The notes under the pieces were generated by a model, which saw nothing but the letters and a program-made list of their open reading frames with translations, was not told the origin of the DNA and made no database searches. A stretch of 64,000 nt of DNA from Candidatus Methylomirabilia bacterium (GTDB lineage Bacteria > Methylomirabilota > Methylomirabilia > Rokubacteriales > CSP1-6), in contig JBGPXN010000001.1 of assembly GCA_041492755.1 (NCBI GenBank), forward strand, positions 1-64,000. The letters are read 5' to 3'. Position 1 is the stretch's first letter. Each line of letters opens with the position of its first letter. The position numbers and the translations under genes are program-made. This document shows, piece after piece, positions 63,198-64,000 of the stretch.

Positions 63198-64000
63198 TCA
63201 GGCATGAAACGTTCCTTGTTCGACCATCTGGGTATGCACCGCGCCCCGGCGGAAGCTCGCGTGCGCGAGCACCCGGGCCAGGAACGGCACCGTCGTGCGG
63301 ACGCCTTCGATCACACACGCACCGAGCGCCGCCTGCATCCGCTCGATCGCCTGGGACCGCGTGTCGCCGCGGGCAACCAGCTTGAGCAGCAGTGGATCAT
63401 AGTGAACGGAGACGACGCTGCCCGCGACGACACCGGATTCGATCCGGATCCCTTCGCCGCCGGGAAGGTCCAACCGCGTGATCGTGCCCGGTGACGGCAG
63501 AAAGTTTTTCGTCGGGTCTTCCGCGTATACGCGGCACTCGATCGCCGCTCCGTGCTGAACGATCTCCGCCTGGCCCCACGGCAGCGGCTCGCCGGCGGCG
63601 ACGCGGAGCTGCGCGACGACGAGGTCGGTGCCGGTGACCTCCTCGGTCACGGGGTGCTCCACCTGCAGCCGTGTGTTCATTTCGAGGAAGTAGAACGCGC
63701 CCGCTTCGTCCACCAGGAACTCCATGGTACCGGCGTTGACGTAGCCGATCGCGCGCGCCCCGCGCACCGCCGCGTCGGCGAGTCCGGCCTTGGTGGCCGA
63801 GGACAGCACGGGCGCCGGCGACTCCTCGACCAGCTTCTGGTGCCGGCGCTGGATCGAGCACTCGCGCTCGTGCAGGTGCACGACGTTGCCGTGGGCGTCG
63901 CCGAACACCTGCACCTCCACGTGCCGTGGACGGGCCAGATAGCGCTCGACGTAGAGGGCGCCGTTGCCGAACGCAGCTTCCGCGCGGCGGCGAGCCGTCT
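63198..64000 (-). CDS. Biotin carboxylase, C-terminal part (start outside the window)
   Basis: ERECSIQRRHQK, EMNTRLQVEHPVTE, ECRVYAEDP and YDPLL motifs. Confidence 0.95.
   Translation of the reverse strand, partial: TARRRAEAAFGNGALYVERYLARPRHVEVQVFGDAHGNVVHLHERECSIQRRHQKLVEESPAPVLSSATKAGLADAAVRGARAIGYVNAGTMEFLVDEAGAFYFLEMNTRLQVEHPVTEEVTGTDLVVAQLRVAAGEPLPWGQAEIVQHGAAIECRVYAEDPTKNFLPSPGTITRLDLPGGEGIRIESGVVAGSVVSVHYDPLLLKLVARGDTRSQAIERMQAALGACVIEGVRTTVPFLARVLAHASFRRGAVHTQMVEQGTFHA

Overview
This is a GC-rich bacterial chromosomal window with almost all genes on the minus strand. Gene content, gene order and the G/C-tract palindromes suggest Candidatus Rokubacteria/Methylomirabilota, but that is an unverified inference. 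It carries four main blocks: (i) a translation/isoprenoid superoperon rplM-rpsI-argC-argJ-rpsB-tsf-pyrH-frr-uppS-cdsA-dxr-rseP-ispG-fdx-proS and rimP-nusA-ylxR-infB-DUF503-rbfA-DHH-truB-ribF-rpsO-pnp-M16; (ii) a purine operon purB-S-Q-L-F-M-N-H followed by tsaC-mobA-thiI and glyA-nrdR; (iii) a cytochrome c / YceI / MeaB / Fe-S oxidoreductase / adenosine deaminase block; (iv) an envelope glycosylation cluster, an RpoD-type sigma factor and the end of a biotin carboxylase operon. I saw no tRNA, rRNA, CRISPR array or transposase. Most notable: four genes (purD, an NDH-2-type oxidoreductase, an ACT-malic enzyme, an acyl-CoA carboxyltransferase) have lost most of their length, and three of these remnants keep start/stop overlaps with neighbours. 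A 12-codon Lys-rich micro-ORF has its own promoter, RBS, terminator and candidate tandem NrdR boxes. A diheme cytochrome has a contracted CXCH heme motif. A palindromic repeat family has entered purH and purB in frame, there is a CTAG-bounded MITE-like element, and several genes appear leaderless. Start codons were chosen by eye from overlaps and RBS; family assignments come from motif recognition, not database searches.
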